Shown here: in pieces, positions 11,890-24,594 of the stretch
How positions within the stretch are numbered: the stretch's first letter is position 1
How the letters are laid out: every line of letters starts with the position of its first letter
Assembly: GCA_043228905.1 (NCBI GenBank)
Contig: JBHGNT010000021.1
Coordinates: 7,316,001 to 7,380,000, forward strand
Direction of reading: 5' to 3'
Origin: Azolla caroliniana
Taxonomy: Eukaryota > Plantae > Polypodiophyta
Length of the DNA stretch: 64,000 bases
Notes under the pieces: generated by a model
The model's input: only the letters and a program-made list of their open reading frames with translations
What the model was told of the DNA's origin: nothing
Database searches by the model: none
Program-made: the position numbers and the translations under genes

Positions 11890-14390
11890 TTGTGGTTATA
11901 GCTTATAAGTTATACAAAATTACAAAGATAAAATGAAACAAAATAGCCTAGAGTGAGCCCTTTTACATGTTGGGAATAAAGGGCCATCGTGCCTTTTATT
12001 AGTGCACGAGTGTGAATGCACTCGTAGCACACTTTTGAGTTGTATATACATAATATCTAAAAAACAAAAAAGAGGTACACTCTTTGTACCCAAGACAACG
12101 TGCATCTCTCTCTCTCCCTTTGTCTCTCACTCAGACTCTCTCCCTCTCTGTTTTTGACCTAAACCCTAATCTTCGTGTTGCCTTCAAACTGGTATCAGAG
12201 CAGAGTTTAGGGTTTTCTACAAAGCAAGTCTTTTTTTGCAGCGTAGGTCACGTTTTCTGTAGGCAAGTCATGTCTTTTTGCAAAGTAAGCCTCTTTTTTT
12301 TCTAGAGAGCAGGTTTGGTCCTCCGTTTGGGCTAAGAAATCATGACTAGCAACAATGATAGTAGCCACCTTATGCACATCAAAAAGCTTGAGGGTGCACA
12401 TAACTTTACGGTATGGAAAAAGCAGTGCTACAACATCTTGTTGCAAAAGAAGCATGCAAAGCCTATAAAATTCAAAGGGGTAAAGCCTACATATATGAAC
12501 CAAGATGATTGGCAAGAGTTGAACGAGCTTGCACGCTCGACTATTGAGTTGTCAATATCTTATGCCTTGCTTTTTAATATCGACGGGTTGGACTCCGCCT
12601 ATTCTATATGGACTAGACTAGAGGAATTGTATGCCCAAAAGACGGTAGCTAGCAAAGTTTATTGGCTTAAGAAACTTATGGATTTGTGTATGACAGAGGG
12701 CACACCCATGTCAACTCACCTGAGTGAGTTCAATTCCATTTTCACCCAACTGGTTCCCTCGAAATTCATCATTGATGATGACTTTAAGGCCACGTTTTTA
12801 CTTTACACCTTGCCAGAAAGTTGGGATACTTTCAGGACTGTTATGAGCAATTCAAATGCGATGCTTCTTTATGCCGATGTAGAGAATTCTCTACTCATGG
12901 AAGAGATGAATCAGCAAAACAATGCATCCAATAAGTCCTCTAGTGCGTTGCATATGAGGGGTAGGTCACAACAGAGAGGCAAATCTTATAGTTATGGCCG
13001 TAGTAAATCACATGGTAAAGATGTAGAATGCCATCATTGTGGCAAAAAGGGTCACTTTAAACGTGATTGTTTCAAATGGAAGAAAGAGAAAGGAAAGGGC
13101 AAGAAGATAGATGATTTCATAGAAGAAAAGAGAGACATTCAACCCAGGAAAGGCAATACTAAAATTGAAGAGGTGAATGTAGTCACTCATGATAGTGATA
13201 GTGGAAATGATGTACTCTTTGTTTCATCATGCCATAGAGAACATGCTTTACTTGCATATATGGATGGTGACATGCACACTTGGATACTCGATTCCGGTGC
13301 TTCTTTTCACGTCACTCCTCATCGTGAGTGGTTTTCAGATTACATAGAGGGTCGACATGGTGTTGTCCATCTTGGGGACAACTATGCATGTGAAATTGTA
13401 GGTATTGGCACTGTGCAATTACAGTTTCAACATGGTTTTGCTTTCACACTTCAGCATGTACGACATGTACCTCAGCTCAAGAAGAGCTTGATTAGCACAT
13501 GACAGCTAGATGATGATGGATTTCACACAACCTTTGGTGATGGGAAATGGAAGATTTGTAAGGGATCTAGAGTTATTGCCAAGGGTAGTAAAAGTGATAC
13601 TTTGTATCCTCTCCATGTATCTAGTGTGAGTGACCATGTTGTTGCCATAATCGAGCAGCCTAGTGTTTCTCTATGGCATGGCCGGTTGGGACACATGAGT
13701 GAAACTGGTATGAAAGTATTGTGTCATTTGGGTTACTTGCCATGTCTTCGTTATGTTGATTTTGAACATTGTGATCATTGCATTTATGGTAAACATGTAC
13801 AAACATGTCATAAAAAGTCTCTTTCGTTGAAGTCGTCCGCACTTGAGTTAGTACATTCAGATGTATGTCAGAACCCCGTGCTATCATTAGGGGGAAAGAA
13901 ATACTTAGTCACTTGTGTCGATGATGCTACACGGAAGGTATGGGTTTACCCTATTCGTAGCAAGGATGAAGTGCTCGACAAGTTTCGAACATTTTTGACA
14001 TTAGTTGAGAATCAAATTGATAAGACACGTAAGTGTCTTCGCTCTGACAATGGTGGGGAATATGTGTCCAAGGCTTTTCAAGCATTTTGTGACAACAAAG
14101 GGATAAAGAGGGAACTCACTACCCCTTATAATCCACCCCAAAATGGAGTTGCAAAGCGTATGAATCGGACTATTCAAGATATGGTTTGTACTATGTTGTC
14201 TCTAATTACGTTACCCCATGGTTTTTGGGCAAAGGCTATTATGACAGTTGTTCACTTGATTAATCGGTCACCTAACAGGTCTTTAGGAGGGGGAATACCC
14301 CAAGAAACGTGGTCGGGTAAGCCATCTTCATATGCTCACTTGAGAGTGTTTGGCTGTGAGGCTTTTGTGCACATTCGTAAAGAAGAAGTC
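11890..14390 (+). mobile_element. 3'-truncated Ty1/Copia element, Tnt1-like
   Basis: PBS TGGTATCAGAGC (tRNA-iMet) at 12190. Gag with CHHCGKKGHFKRDC knuckle, protease WILDSGASFH, GAG-pre-integrase WHGRLGH..CDHC, integrase LVHSDV / LRSDNGGEY / PQNGVA. Similarity ends at ~14390. The LTR start is approximate. Confidence 0.88.
12342..14390 (+). pseudogene. Copia gag-protease-integrase, with a stop at 13500-13502 and truncated before RT
   Basis: ORFs 12342-13502 and 13602-14450 are in the same frame, separated by one TGA. Confidence 0.85.
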
Positions 14391-15209
14391 AAGTCTCAAT
14401 CGACGATCACTTCCCCTTGGTCATCAAAGGCCTTCTACACTCGCTCATGATTCACTATTTTGTGATTCTTGGTTTGTCGTGAAAGGTTGGCCATTTGAAC
14501 CCCAAAACCAATGAAGTTGATGATGAGTTATTTTTCTTGTTATGTAACATTTTGGAGATCTCTTATCATATAAAATTAATATTATCTTGTTTTAGCATTT
14601 ATCAATGCTTTTAAATTTGAGCATGCATTTGTTTGTATCCTTTCTTGTGATCATGGTTTTGGCAAAAGGTATGTTGATGTATTTACATTTACCTCATGCT
14701 TCTATTTCATTACCTATGTTTTGTTTGTAGCTCATCTATTTGCTTTCGTCACCTTTAGTGTATATAGGACCTTTTAGTTCCAGTGGTTAGTCTTATGCTT
14801 CTAAATTTTCTTTCAATGTTGTGATATGGCATGTGTGAAGGGAGAAAAGTGTTCAAATAGCAAGTTTTACAACAGACAAGGATTATATTCTAAGTGATTA
14901 CAAAATTTGAATAGCTTGAATGAGAGCTTAGTAGGAGCAACATGAGAACGATATATGCAAAGAGACTATATTAACAAGAGGGCACAACAATAAAGTGAGA
15001 CTTGGGCAACAAAAAATAATGAAAGGGGAGGAGAATGATATATATAAAGTCGTTCTCTCCCTACATTCTCTCCAAAATGGCCGAGGCATATATAAATATG
15101 ACATGTTAGCCATGATAGTTTCTTTTCAAGAATGACTAGTAGTGGGGCTTTAATGTTCATGAACAACAAAGCATGTGTTCATACACTATAGATATTGAAC
15201 TTGTTTCTT

Positions 15210-16260
15210 AACACCCTCCCTCAAACTCAACTAAGAGTTTAATGTTAAAGAATTTACTCCGTCCTATTTTGACCATAAGATCGCACAAGATTGTTCTTTC
15301 ATCTTCGGTCTCCTCACTACTCCCTCTCAAGCTCGATAAATCAAGAGGACAAAGACTAAGTGTGAGAATTGCTCAGCAATCGCCTTGGTGAAGTGTCATT
15401 CATTTGTAGGTTACTGTGAACATTTTTGACATCAACATCTCTAGCTACAATCCTCTCTTGAATGTAGTGTTAGCACACTTCAATGTATTTTGTGCATGCG
15501 TGAAAGTTCGAGCTTTCTGCTAGTTGGATATTGTTCATGTTGTCACAAAGTATTCAAAATGTTCCTTCAATGAGGATGCTAAAGTCCTTTAGTCATGTTG
15601 CTTTGCATTCTCGTTACTCTAAGAGATGGCCCAATCCATGAACCACGATGCAGATCAATAATATGGACTGCTCCTAGGCTAATCCACATCCAACTGAATT
15701 GTTATTCCAATATTTAGAGGTTTCATCTATCCATTGTTCCACTCACATATCAAAACACACTCCAAACACATTGCATCTATGTGTCTTATGGCGCCTATAT
15801 GAATTGACTAAATACACTAACATGATACCTTGAGTCAAGTTGTGTGATGGGGAGATAGGTAAGGTTTCCAATCATTTGGCGATATTGTATTGAATTGAGA
15901 TGATGGATCCTAAATTTAGCAATTTTTATTTCGTAAATAAGCAAAGTGGCAATTGGTTTGCACCATATTATTCCAAACTTGAACAATAAGTCCAAGATGT
16001 AATGATGTTGTGCAAGTAAGATTTCTCGCAAAGCGTTGATGATTTCTCATTGAGAAAGTAGTGAAGCTCCTCTAAACCCTTCATCTCTTACTTGCAAGCC
16101 TATATGTTCACCTTTGATGATCAAATCATCCACGTACAAATAAATAATAATTGCACCATTGGAGTCTCTTCACACATACAAGGAATTATTGCATTTTGAC
16201 CTACATAATCCAATATTATGGAAGCACTCCGTTATCTTTGGATTGCTCTTGGATCTTGCA
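15210..16260 (-). mobile_element. Highly decayed Copia RT/RNase H remnant with a PPT-like tract
   Basis: LFVYVDDLII-like sequence near 16120-16145 (-), QHHYILDLLFKFG, YRQMIGNLTYL and KYIEV. ACACCCTCCCTCAA at ~15210 is a PPT-like tract next to TGT on the minus strand. Confidence 0.7.
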
Positions 16261-16700
16261 TGATTATGTTGAGAAGTATTTTAGCCTACACATTGATCGT
16301 GGATAGGGTTCCAATTTGATATGTGTAGGTAGAATATAGGGGCGAGGTCGCTATTAGCAATTGCTTGTGAATTTATATGGCTCAAGTGAATGGTGAAATA
16401 TTTCCACATTTGCATTGACAACCCAATTTGAGTATATTGTGAGAACCTTAGTAGTATACAAATGGCTAGGAACATGGTGTTCCATGTGCAATCAATGAAA
16501 CACATTGAGGTGCACTTATTCGTTGTATCCAAGAGTGGGTTGTAGCCAAGTACATCAATCTCCAACATATTCGAACCAATAAACAAATGACAAATATCTT
16601 TACCATTAACGTACTTGGTGCCAACAAGCTTGGGCAGTTTTCGATGATTGTTGGTCAATGACCTATTGATCCACCGAACTTAAGTGGGGAATGTTGAAAC
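16260..16700 (+). mobile_element. Decayed Copia RNase H remnant in the opposite orientation
   Basis: The plus strand at ~16470-16520 reads like NMVFH...KHIEVH. Purine tract AAGTGGGGAA then TGTTG at ~16682-16696. Confidence 0.5.
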
Positions 16701-16975
16701 AACAAGCAAATACAATTGACACTCATCGACCACTTGATTGACAAAACACACTAAATCATGGAGGCTTTGTGAATCCCAAATAAGTGACAACTCAAACTTA
16801 ATTACACATAGCATGTGTTATCCAACCAATAATTGTATTACAATAAAAATTCCAAAACGCCACACTTTTTCCTTCATTTATAAAAAGTCATTCAAACTAC
16901 GTAATTAGTAACTATCATTGTTCTTACATTGATTCATGTCAAGGGTAATTTTTTTATATTTGTGTGTGTGTGTGT

Positions 16976-17607
16976 GGGGGGGGGGTATCGTAGGGATGAA
17001 CTTGCCCGTCATTCACGCGTGATTTGGGCAATGGGGGAAGAAAACCCCATTTTTGCTAAGACTTCAAGCAATTATGCTTTAACCATATCAAGTATATTCT
17101 TTTAGTTTAATCAATTCATCTTGACTATAGTTAACTAGATCATTTAATGCATGTATCTCGGCCCGTTTAAGACAATTAAAAGCCCTATAAGGTGATTCTT
17201 ATTGATCAATGAATGTATTTGTAAGAACTTCTCTCGATTTTCCCACACTATCTAGTTGTAAAGACGAAATAGCCAAGTCCGAAGAATTTTGATCATGACT
17301 GAGGTGGGGGGGGGGGGGGGGGTTGTAGGGATGAACTTGCCTGTAATTCACGCACGATTCGGGCGATAGGGGAAGAAAACCCCATTTTTGCTAAGACTTC
17401 AAGCAATTATGCTTTAACCATATCGATTATATTCTTTTAGTTTAATCAATTCATCTTGACTATAGTTAACTAGATCATTTAATGCATGTATCTCGGCCCG
17501 TTTTAGACAATTAAAAGCCCTAGAAGGTGATTCTTGTTGATCAATGAATGTATTTGTAAGAACTTCTCTCGATTTTCCCACACTATCTAGTTGTAAAGAC
17601 GAAATGG
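16976..17607. repeat. Tandem duplication (~290 bp) of the rpoA fragment, each copy preceded by a G-run
   Basis: 16990-17270 and 17325-17605 are near-identical (GTAGGGATGAACTTGCC...GTAAAGACGAAAT). G-runs at ~16976 and ~17306. Confidence 0.9.
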
Positions 17608-17695
17608 GGACATTATAATCTCTCACATGCAAAAAGGTTTTTAATAAATATGTTAGTTTTTAAGATGCCTTACATAGAGCATACGAGATTTAGGC
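17330..17695 (-). pseudogene. rpoA: Nuclear plastid DNA insertion (NUPT): 3' part of rpoA
   Basis: ORF 17414-17632 has TFIDQQESPSRAFNCLKRAEIHALNDLVNYSQDELIKLK, matching the RNA polymerase alpha C-terminal domain of plastid RpoA. It is decayed. Confidence 0.8.
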
Positions 17696-18055
17696 AACGA
17701 CTATTAATTATTACCACATTACACAAATCTTGATGAACATGTATCTCTTTATTAATAGTGGTGATTCGATTATGGTGTTGTCATATTAATCAAGCAAATA
17801 TCATCGCATTCTAGCTGAATATAAAACACAAGTGTGTCATCTTGAAATGTTTTTCAAATAAAGTGTATGGTTATTGACATGTGAGACTTACGCAACGACT
17901 ATTAATTATTACCACATTACACAAATCTTGATGAACATGTATCTCTTTATTAATAGTGGTGATTTGATTATGGCGTTCTCATATTTATCAAGCAAATATC
18001 ATGACATTCTAGTATAATATAAAACACAAGTGCATCATCTTGAAATGTTTTCCAA
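17694..18055. repeat. Direct repeat of ~160 bp with a 198-bp period
   Basis: GCAACGACTATTAATTATTACCACATTACACAAATC... occurs at 17694 and 17892. Confidence 0.9.
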
Positions 18056-18632
18056 AATAGAAACAATACACAGAGCATTTGGAAATCAACTATCGATATG
18101 CACAACTTAATTACAGGTGTGTGATTTTCCTACGCATTCACAAAAAGAGTGGCATTAGGAGGACATGTGAAAATTTTGGGATTTTATTTCTTTATCTCAT
18201 AAAATGCCCTGAAAAATTTGTAATTATGTCTTTGAATGCCTGAAGCAGCTCTAGGATTAATGACATAGAATCACACACATATGTAAGTAAAGAAAACAAG
18301 GGGCAAATCGACATCATATAAGTGCTTGAATAGCACACACGATTGCTTGGAGATAGAAGAGCAAAAATAAAGCTTAAAAAATAGCGACTTTTCTCTCGCG
18401 TTGGAGGTGGTTTTACATCGTGTGTCATTGGGCAACACTAGCAGTCGGCAATGGTTCGGCTATGGATGGAGACAATGTATATATGTTATGTAGTTAGTGC
18501 CAATGTTTTTTTTGTATGTGGAGTATTGTCTATGCGTCTCCTTTAGATGGAGAAGAGTTCGTGTGGCCGGCCCATCTGGCCACCAGGGTGAAGCCAAAAC
18601 CCACATAACAAATTGTTTTTCAAAGAAGGGAC

Positions 18633-19372
18633 CATAGATTGAAATATTCACATTCGTGTGGCCTACCCCACGAATCCATACGAATACATATAAATATATT
18701 CGTTTTCTTTTTTTTTTTGAATTTTTTAAATAAAAAATAAAAAACAGTTTTTCTTCATTTGAGCGAGTGAACGAATAGCAAGCAGCGAGCGAGGAAGCCT
18801 CACCCTACTCCCTATCTACCCTCGCTTCCCTCTGCATCTTGTTCTCGGCTAGAAAATTAGGGTTTCGGCTGAAAACCCTAATTTCTGTCATAAACCTAAT
18901 TTAGACAGTAGTACTTTCTTTTGAGCCCGCGTCCTCAACTCCCTCTCATGCTCTATTCTAATCCTACATCCTGTTCTCACTGAAACCCTACGTCCTCAAC
19001 TCACGCTCTCACTGAAACCCTAAGTTTAGTAGAAGCCCTAATTAATTGATTATTAATTAATTAACTTAATAACTAATATTTTTGAATGAATTAAGATATG
19101 TATTAGTAAATTAATTAATGTATCAATTAATGTATTAGTGAACTAATTAATTATTATATTAGTGAGTTAATTAATTATTGATGTATTTGTGTATATACAT
19201 ATATGAGTGATATGTGTGTATACACATATATGTATATATCATATATGTATGTATGTATGTATACATCTAAACGAATGGTTTTATAATATTCTTGGGGCCG
19301 TTTTATATTCTCGAATATAGAGAATATTGAGGATGTAGAATACCACGAATATTACGCATGGATCAATCTATG
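18633..19372. mobile_element. Non-autonomous hAT-type element (740 bp) upstream of the pinin gene
   Basis: TIRs CATAGATTGA / TCAATCTATG. Exact 8-bp TSD GAAGGGAC at 18625-18632 and 19373-19380. Subterminal CGAATA/TATTCG-like repeats. Confidence 0.8.
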
Positions 19373-19789
19373 GAAGGGACACTAGCATAGTACGTAATAT
19401 ACAGTATACTCGAATCATGGGCAAACATTCTTTTTTCATACGAATGAAAACGAATGAGTATGTTATCAAAACAGTCTTATGTTTTTTTTTTTAAAACACT
19501 TTTTTACCTTAACTTTCACACCTTAACATTTTGTTTTACCTTACAATAAATAATGAAAACACAAAAGTATGGTATTTATCATACTTCGAGGGTGTTTAAC
19601 ATACTCGAATGATTGTAACATTCGCGAACAAAAAATGGCACGTATGGTTCATACTATGGCGCCAGCCTCAGGGGGAGTATATGTAAAAAAAGAAACCTAA
19701 AAAAACAGAACAAAAATAACTCAGAAAGAAAGAAAGGAGTCAAATCAAAAGGTCTGCTGCAGGTGCAGGTGCAGCTCTGTGTGCGCGCC

Positions 19790-22700
19790 ATGGAAGCTCC
19801 GCCGGTGGCCCCAGCTACAGCTACAGCTACTACAGCCACCACTACGCAGAAGAGTGCCGAAGAGCTCCAGCGCGAGATCGATGAGCTCTTCCGCCGCCAG
19901 CGTGAGGTTAGATTCCATCCCTCCCCTCCTTCTCTCTCTTTCCGCCCGATCTGAGGTGTTTAATCGATGCCTTCTCTCACGAGAGAAGCGTGGCCGAACT
20001 CGTGATTCGCACTGTTCAGGGTTTAGGGATTTAGGAATTGGCTCTTTTGCGGTTAGAGCGAGTGATAGTAGTAGCTGGCAATTTAGGGCTTAGGGCTTTA
20101 GTTCTAGGGCTTAATAACAGACATTTGTACAATTAATAATATAGGTTTCGTATGAGTTGTCATTATTTTGGAGTCTTTATGGTCTTTGATTAGTTTTGTT
20201 CTCTTTGTTTTAAGTTCTTGGGATCAGGATGAGCTAGTGCAATTGTTAGGGTAAGGATTAGGATTTATATACCCAAATGTGTCACAATTAGAACAAAGAT
20301 TTCGATTTTCTTTCTTTAGGGCAAGTTTTCTTTATTTTAGGTTCTTGACATTGCATTCCTTATGCTTTTGTATGATTCGAGTTTTGCCTTTCTGAGATCA
20401 CTGAAAGGTTGATGTTTCCCTAGGTAAGATTTCAGAAGAATCTTGCGAATAGGATAAAGCTTTTGATGAGATTTGTTTTTTCCTGAGTTTCTTTGTCCTT
20501 GTTTTTCCGCCTTCTGTCTCTGTATCATCCTAGAACTTTCTTCAGAAAGTTACTTTCTCATGAATTTCTTTCTTTTTCCTCCTATTTTTTTGTTCGATTC
20601 TAACATTCTGGTGTAATTGTATTTGTAAGATCTCTGCCAGGTTGAGGGATCCAAGAGGATTGAGAAAAAATGCTTCATTTGGCAATAATTCACAGAATGC
20701 AATCACTGGTGGTACAAGACAAATAGGACTGCAGCGAGGTGTGGTGCGCCGGGTAAGCATTTTTCTTCTTCCAGTAAGCATTTTTTTTGTGAACTGGGTA
20801 GTCTGTTTTTTGGCGTTATTATCTCTGAATTTCTTATGAAACCTTGTTATGTATGCACTCTGCGTTGAACATAAATTCAGCCTGATGAAATTGCTTTTGA
20901 AGATCACCCACCAGTAAAGAAGAGGATTTCCTCGGCTGTTGTGAAGGTATGCATTCAATGAGTAGATGATAGAGATATGTCGTAATGTTTAAAGACCTTA
21001 TGGGTTAGTATTCATCCAGGTAAATGATGATCCGCCTGAGAAAGCTGACACTGAGAAACCCAACAATCTTTCAGAGAAAGTTCCCACTGAGAATGAACAC
21101 GTAGGAAAAGAAACTGAGATGGAAGAGGGTGAAATAAATGGTAGCAGAAGAGCTCCTTTTCTGGCTAGGAGAGACAACAGAAGAGGCAATAAGGTATGGA
21201 ATCCTCGTTAAATTACGTGAACTTTACTGGATTATAGTTTCACTAGTTGATTGGAACTTCCTCTTGAATAACAAACGCTCATGTGTTGCACATGTTTTGA
21301 AAATGGGGTTTCCTCTCTTCTGTGTTTTTTACTTGGTTGTTGCATTGCCTGTAATAAGTCTTAGTGAGCACTATATCCTAGCTTTTGATGTTGGATTTCT
21401 TGCATTTCAGAGATTGACTGCTTGTGTTCTCTGTTCCATTATTTCAGAAGAGGGAAAAAAAATTGTACTGGCTGGTTTGTGTGTTTTGAATATTTGAATA
21501 TAATTAAGCATGTTCTGTAATAGAATGGCCGTGAATGTCATCCATCTATCAGTTAATTTTGGCATACAGCAGCAAGAACAGGTTTTATGTTTTAAGACTC
21601 TGAATAACTTGCCTGATTCTGTTATTTCAGGAAGCTGATATGAACTTGGTTGAGCCTGCCCCTAGAGTATTAACAAAGGAGGAAAATCCAAGCTTGGCTA
21701 AGCGCAATCGGAGGATGTTTGGTGCACTATTAGGAACTCTTCAGGTAACCCTTATTTCATATAGCATTGCCTGTTCTGAATTGATGTCTTTATTGCATAC
21801 GGTTTTTCCTTGTACATCTAGTTGGGTCTAATATTTGGGAATAGTTGAACGTGTACAGATTCCTACCATGTTTGAGTGTCTGATGTTTGTATGTGTCCAT
21901 GACATCATGGTTTCATTTCTAGGATGAAGATTTCCGTAACCCTAGGATTTGACCATTTTTTTAATATATGGCAGAGATTTGCAGCTGAGGATGTGCAACG
22001 CTCATCATCAGATGCTTTTACCCGGCGATCTGAGATGTTGAAGAGGGTATGCTGCTGTAGTCTCTTTGGATTATTTGCAAGGGGTTTAATTTAATTTAAG
22101 TGATAAAAAATCATGTGGAAGAGGGTATGCTTTTTTAGTCTCGTTGGATTATTTGCAAGGGCTTCATTCAATTTATTCTGATATGTTGAAGAGGGTATGC
22201 TTTTTTAGTGTCTTTTGATTTGTAAGGGACTCAATTTAATTTAATATGTGCATAACACAGTTTGTGACCTTAGAAAGGTTGAGGTTATCTGGAGGTAGAA
22301 TGATGGAAATTTTTTCACCAGCTAATCGGATTTAGCACAATCCTATAAATATTGCGTGTGCATGTGCGAACAAGTTTCCTCACACACTTTGATGTCCTTG
22401 ATTTCCCCACTTCTCATCCATGGAACTTCTATTATTTCATGTTTTGAAGATGCCCCTATAGTCAAGGTTCTTATAATCTCTATGTCTGTCAGTTTGGTTG
22501 TGCTAGAATTTAGATTGTACAGGATACACAACAACTCTGTTTACATTTCCTTGTTATCATGTGAGCTATTTAAGGTATGGTTTATGTTTCCATCAATGAT
22601 TTCATAGACAAGCCAATAATATTGTATAACTTTACCCAATTATCAGCACTAAACGTTTTGTTGTCTTTAGGACATGACCATTTTCAAGATCAGATGTGAA

Positions 22701-24594
22701 GACCCATGATAATCTTTTCTTATCTGGAGTGAACTTTTTGTAGCATTGCTATGAATAATTTGAAACTTGAATTTGAATGCCAGTTAATAGTTATTATCAT
22801 GGTTAGTAGAATTGGTTTGTTCTTCTGGGATACGTAAGATTAGCCTTGGCACTGAATTGATTCTGTTCCATTTGGTGTTCACACGATTATGGTTACTAAT
22901 GCGGGAAGTGTTCAAATGGAGGTGATCACTTGTTGCATTTAGCAGGCATGGTATTAATCCATTTCCCTATTCATGTTTTTATTTTTCATAGGCAGAGCAA
23001 AGAGCTCAAGAAGAAAGCCAAAGACTGCGTCAACAAGAACGAGAGCAAATGGCGGAGAAACGTCGGAGAGATTTGGTAATTATTCTTTCTAATTGCCTTT
23101 ATTATGCTATCCTTGCACTCCTAAGGGTTTAATGAGAAATCTGTTCGATTCTGTGTTTCAGTCCCTGCGGGCCAGGTTGGCTGCTAAGACTGAGGAGAAA
23201 CAACTTGAACTGCTATTCATTCAATGGACGGAACATAATAACAAGCTCTCCAAAATTTTAAGGTTCTATTCCTATTCTTGTAATTTATTAAACAAATTTT
23301 TGAGGTTAGATAAAACAAGCTGTAACGTGTTTGGAATTCTGTGACACATAGCTGTAGAACTTTTGTCACCCTTTATTTTGCTTAGTCATCATCTATTTCT
23401 CTATAATACAGCATAATAGATATGGGATGGAATAGATGACTAATGATGTAAATTTACTTAGTCTCTCTGAATCAGTGAAGCAGGTTTCAAGGAAACCAAG
23501 GGCACATAATTAGTTTCCGTGTGTATCTTCAGGTTAATATTTTTGGCTCCAGTGCTTCACCCATAAATTCACAGATTTCATAAGCAGCAAAGATAAGTTT
23601 TGGCAAAGCATAGATCAGATAGATTCTCTTCTATCTGTTGCTGTCTTCACATAGAAGAGCTGAACTACCATTTGAGCCTAATTGTGTCTATTGCCGTTTC
23701 CTTTACAGGACAAAAGCAGAGCCTCATATCTATTATATACCAGCAATACCAACTGAAGAATTTGACAAAGCATTAGAAAATCAACAGAAGGTAGGTCTAT
23801 ATTTTGCTAGGCTATTATGTAAGTAAACTTTCCTCTGATTTGCATGTTACCTCTCCTCGTTTGAAGTTTCTCCTTCACGAATTCAAGGAGATTAGAATAT
23901 ATAACTTGAGATTAGAATGCTAATATAATACCGTAGACTTCAAGGAGATCGGTATAGGTTTTAGCCATGATCCTAAACTTCAAGAAGAACCTTTGCAACC
24001 TAACTACTCAAAGGAGAGAAAGTGATGCTGAGTTTATTGCTTTAAGTACAGTGTTTTTGACTTGTGTCATATGATGTAAGATTGAATGGAATACCATATA
24101 CTCAACTCAAAATTTGAGCCAGGAAACTTCAGGAACATTCTTATTGTTTTGATTGTTTTGGGAATAGTATCCCTGTAGTTCAAACTTCAGAATAATGCTT
24201 GTTTTCACTGGGTTAACAGGAGTTTCTAGAGTGGAAGAACCGGCGAAGGGAAGAGCTTACTAAGTACCAAAAGGAGATGACAGATCGACATCTTTCTAAT
24301 GTCGAAGCTGAGATCGAGAGATGGGTCAACCGAAGAAATGCTGGAAATGTTGGATCTGCCAAAGAGGAGAATGAGCAAAAAGTAGAGAATGAAAAAGTTT
24401 CCCATCGTCGAGAAGAAGTTACAAATGAGGAAGTTACAAATGAGGAGGAAGAGGCTGAGGAGGACTTCATGGCCGACGATGACATGGATGCAAATGTTGT
24501 TGGAGAAGAACCAACGGAGGAACATGCGAATGAGAGGGAATTTCAAGGAGTGGTGGAGTATGCTAGTGGGGACGATGAGGCTACTGATAGATAA
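19790..24594 (+). CDS. Pinin/SDK/memA-family protein (EJC-associated splicing factor), 10 exons
   Basis: Exons with GT-AG boundaries and a continuous frame: 19790-19906, 20630-20752, 20881-20946, 21020-21193, 21631-21744, 21975-22046, 22992-23075, 23162-23262, 23709-23790, 24220-24594. Motifs include KSAEELQREIDEL, RLRDPRGLR, KRNRRMFGALLGTLQ, RTKAEPHIYYIP and an acidic C-terminus. Confidence 0.9.
22030..22245 (+). repeat. Three tandem ~70-78 bp copies of the pinin exon 6 end and 5' splice donor
   Basis: GAAGAGG|GTATGC occurs with GT at 22047, 22125 and 22195, each followed by similar intron sequence. Confidence 0.85.

Noticed and set aside
17280-17303. GAAGAATTTTGATCATGACTGAG resembles the 5' end of 16S-type rRNA
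   Set aside because: Only about 23 nt with mismatches and no continuing rRNA similarity.
19386-19658. Possible second MITE (CATAGTA...TACTATG) next to the pinin promoter
   Set aside because: The TIR is only 7 bp and the candidate TSD needs three mismatches.
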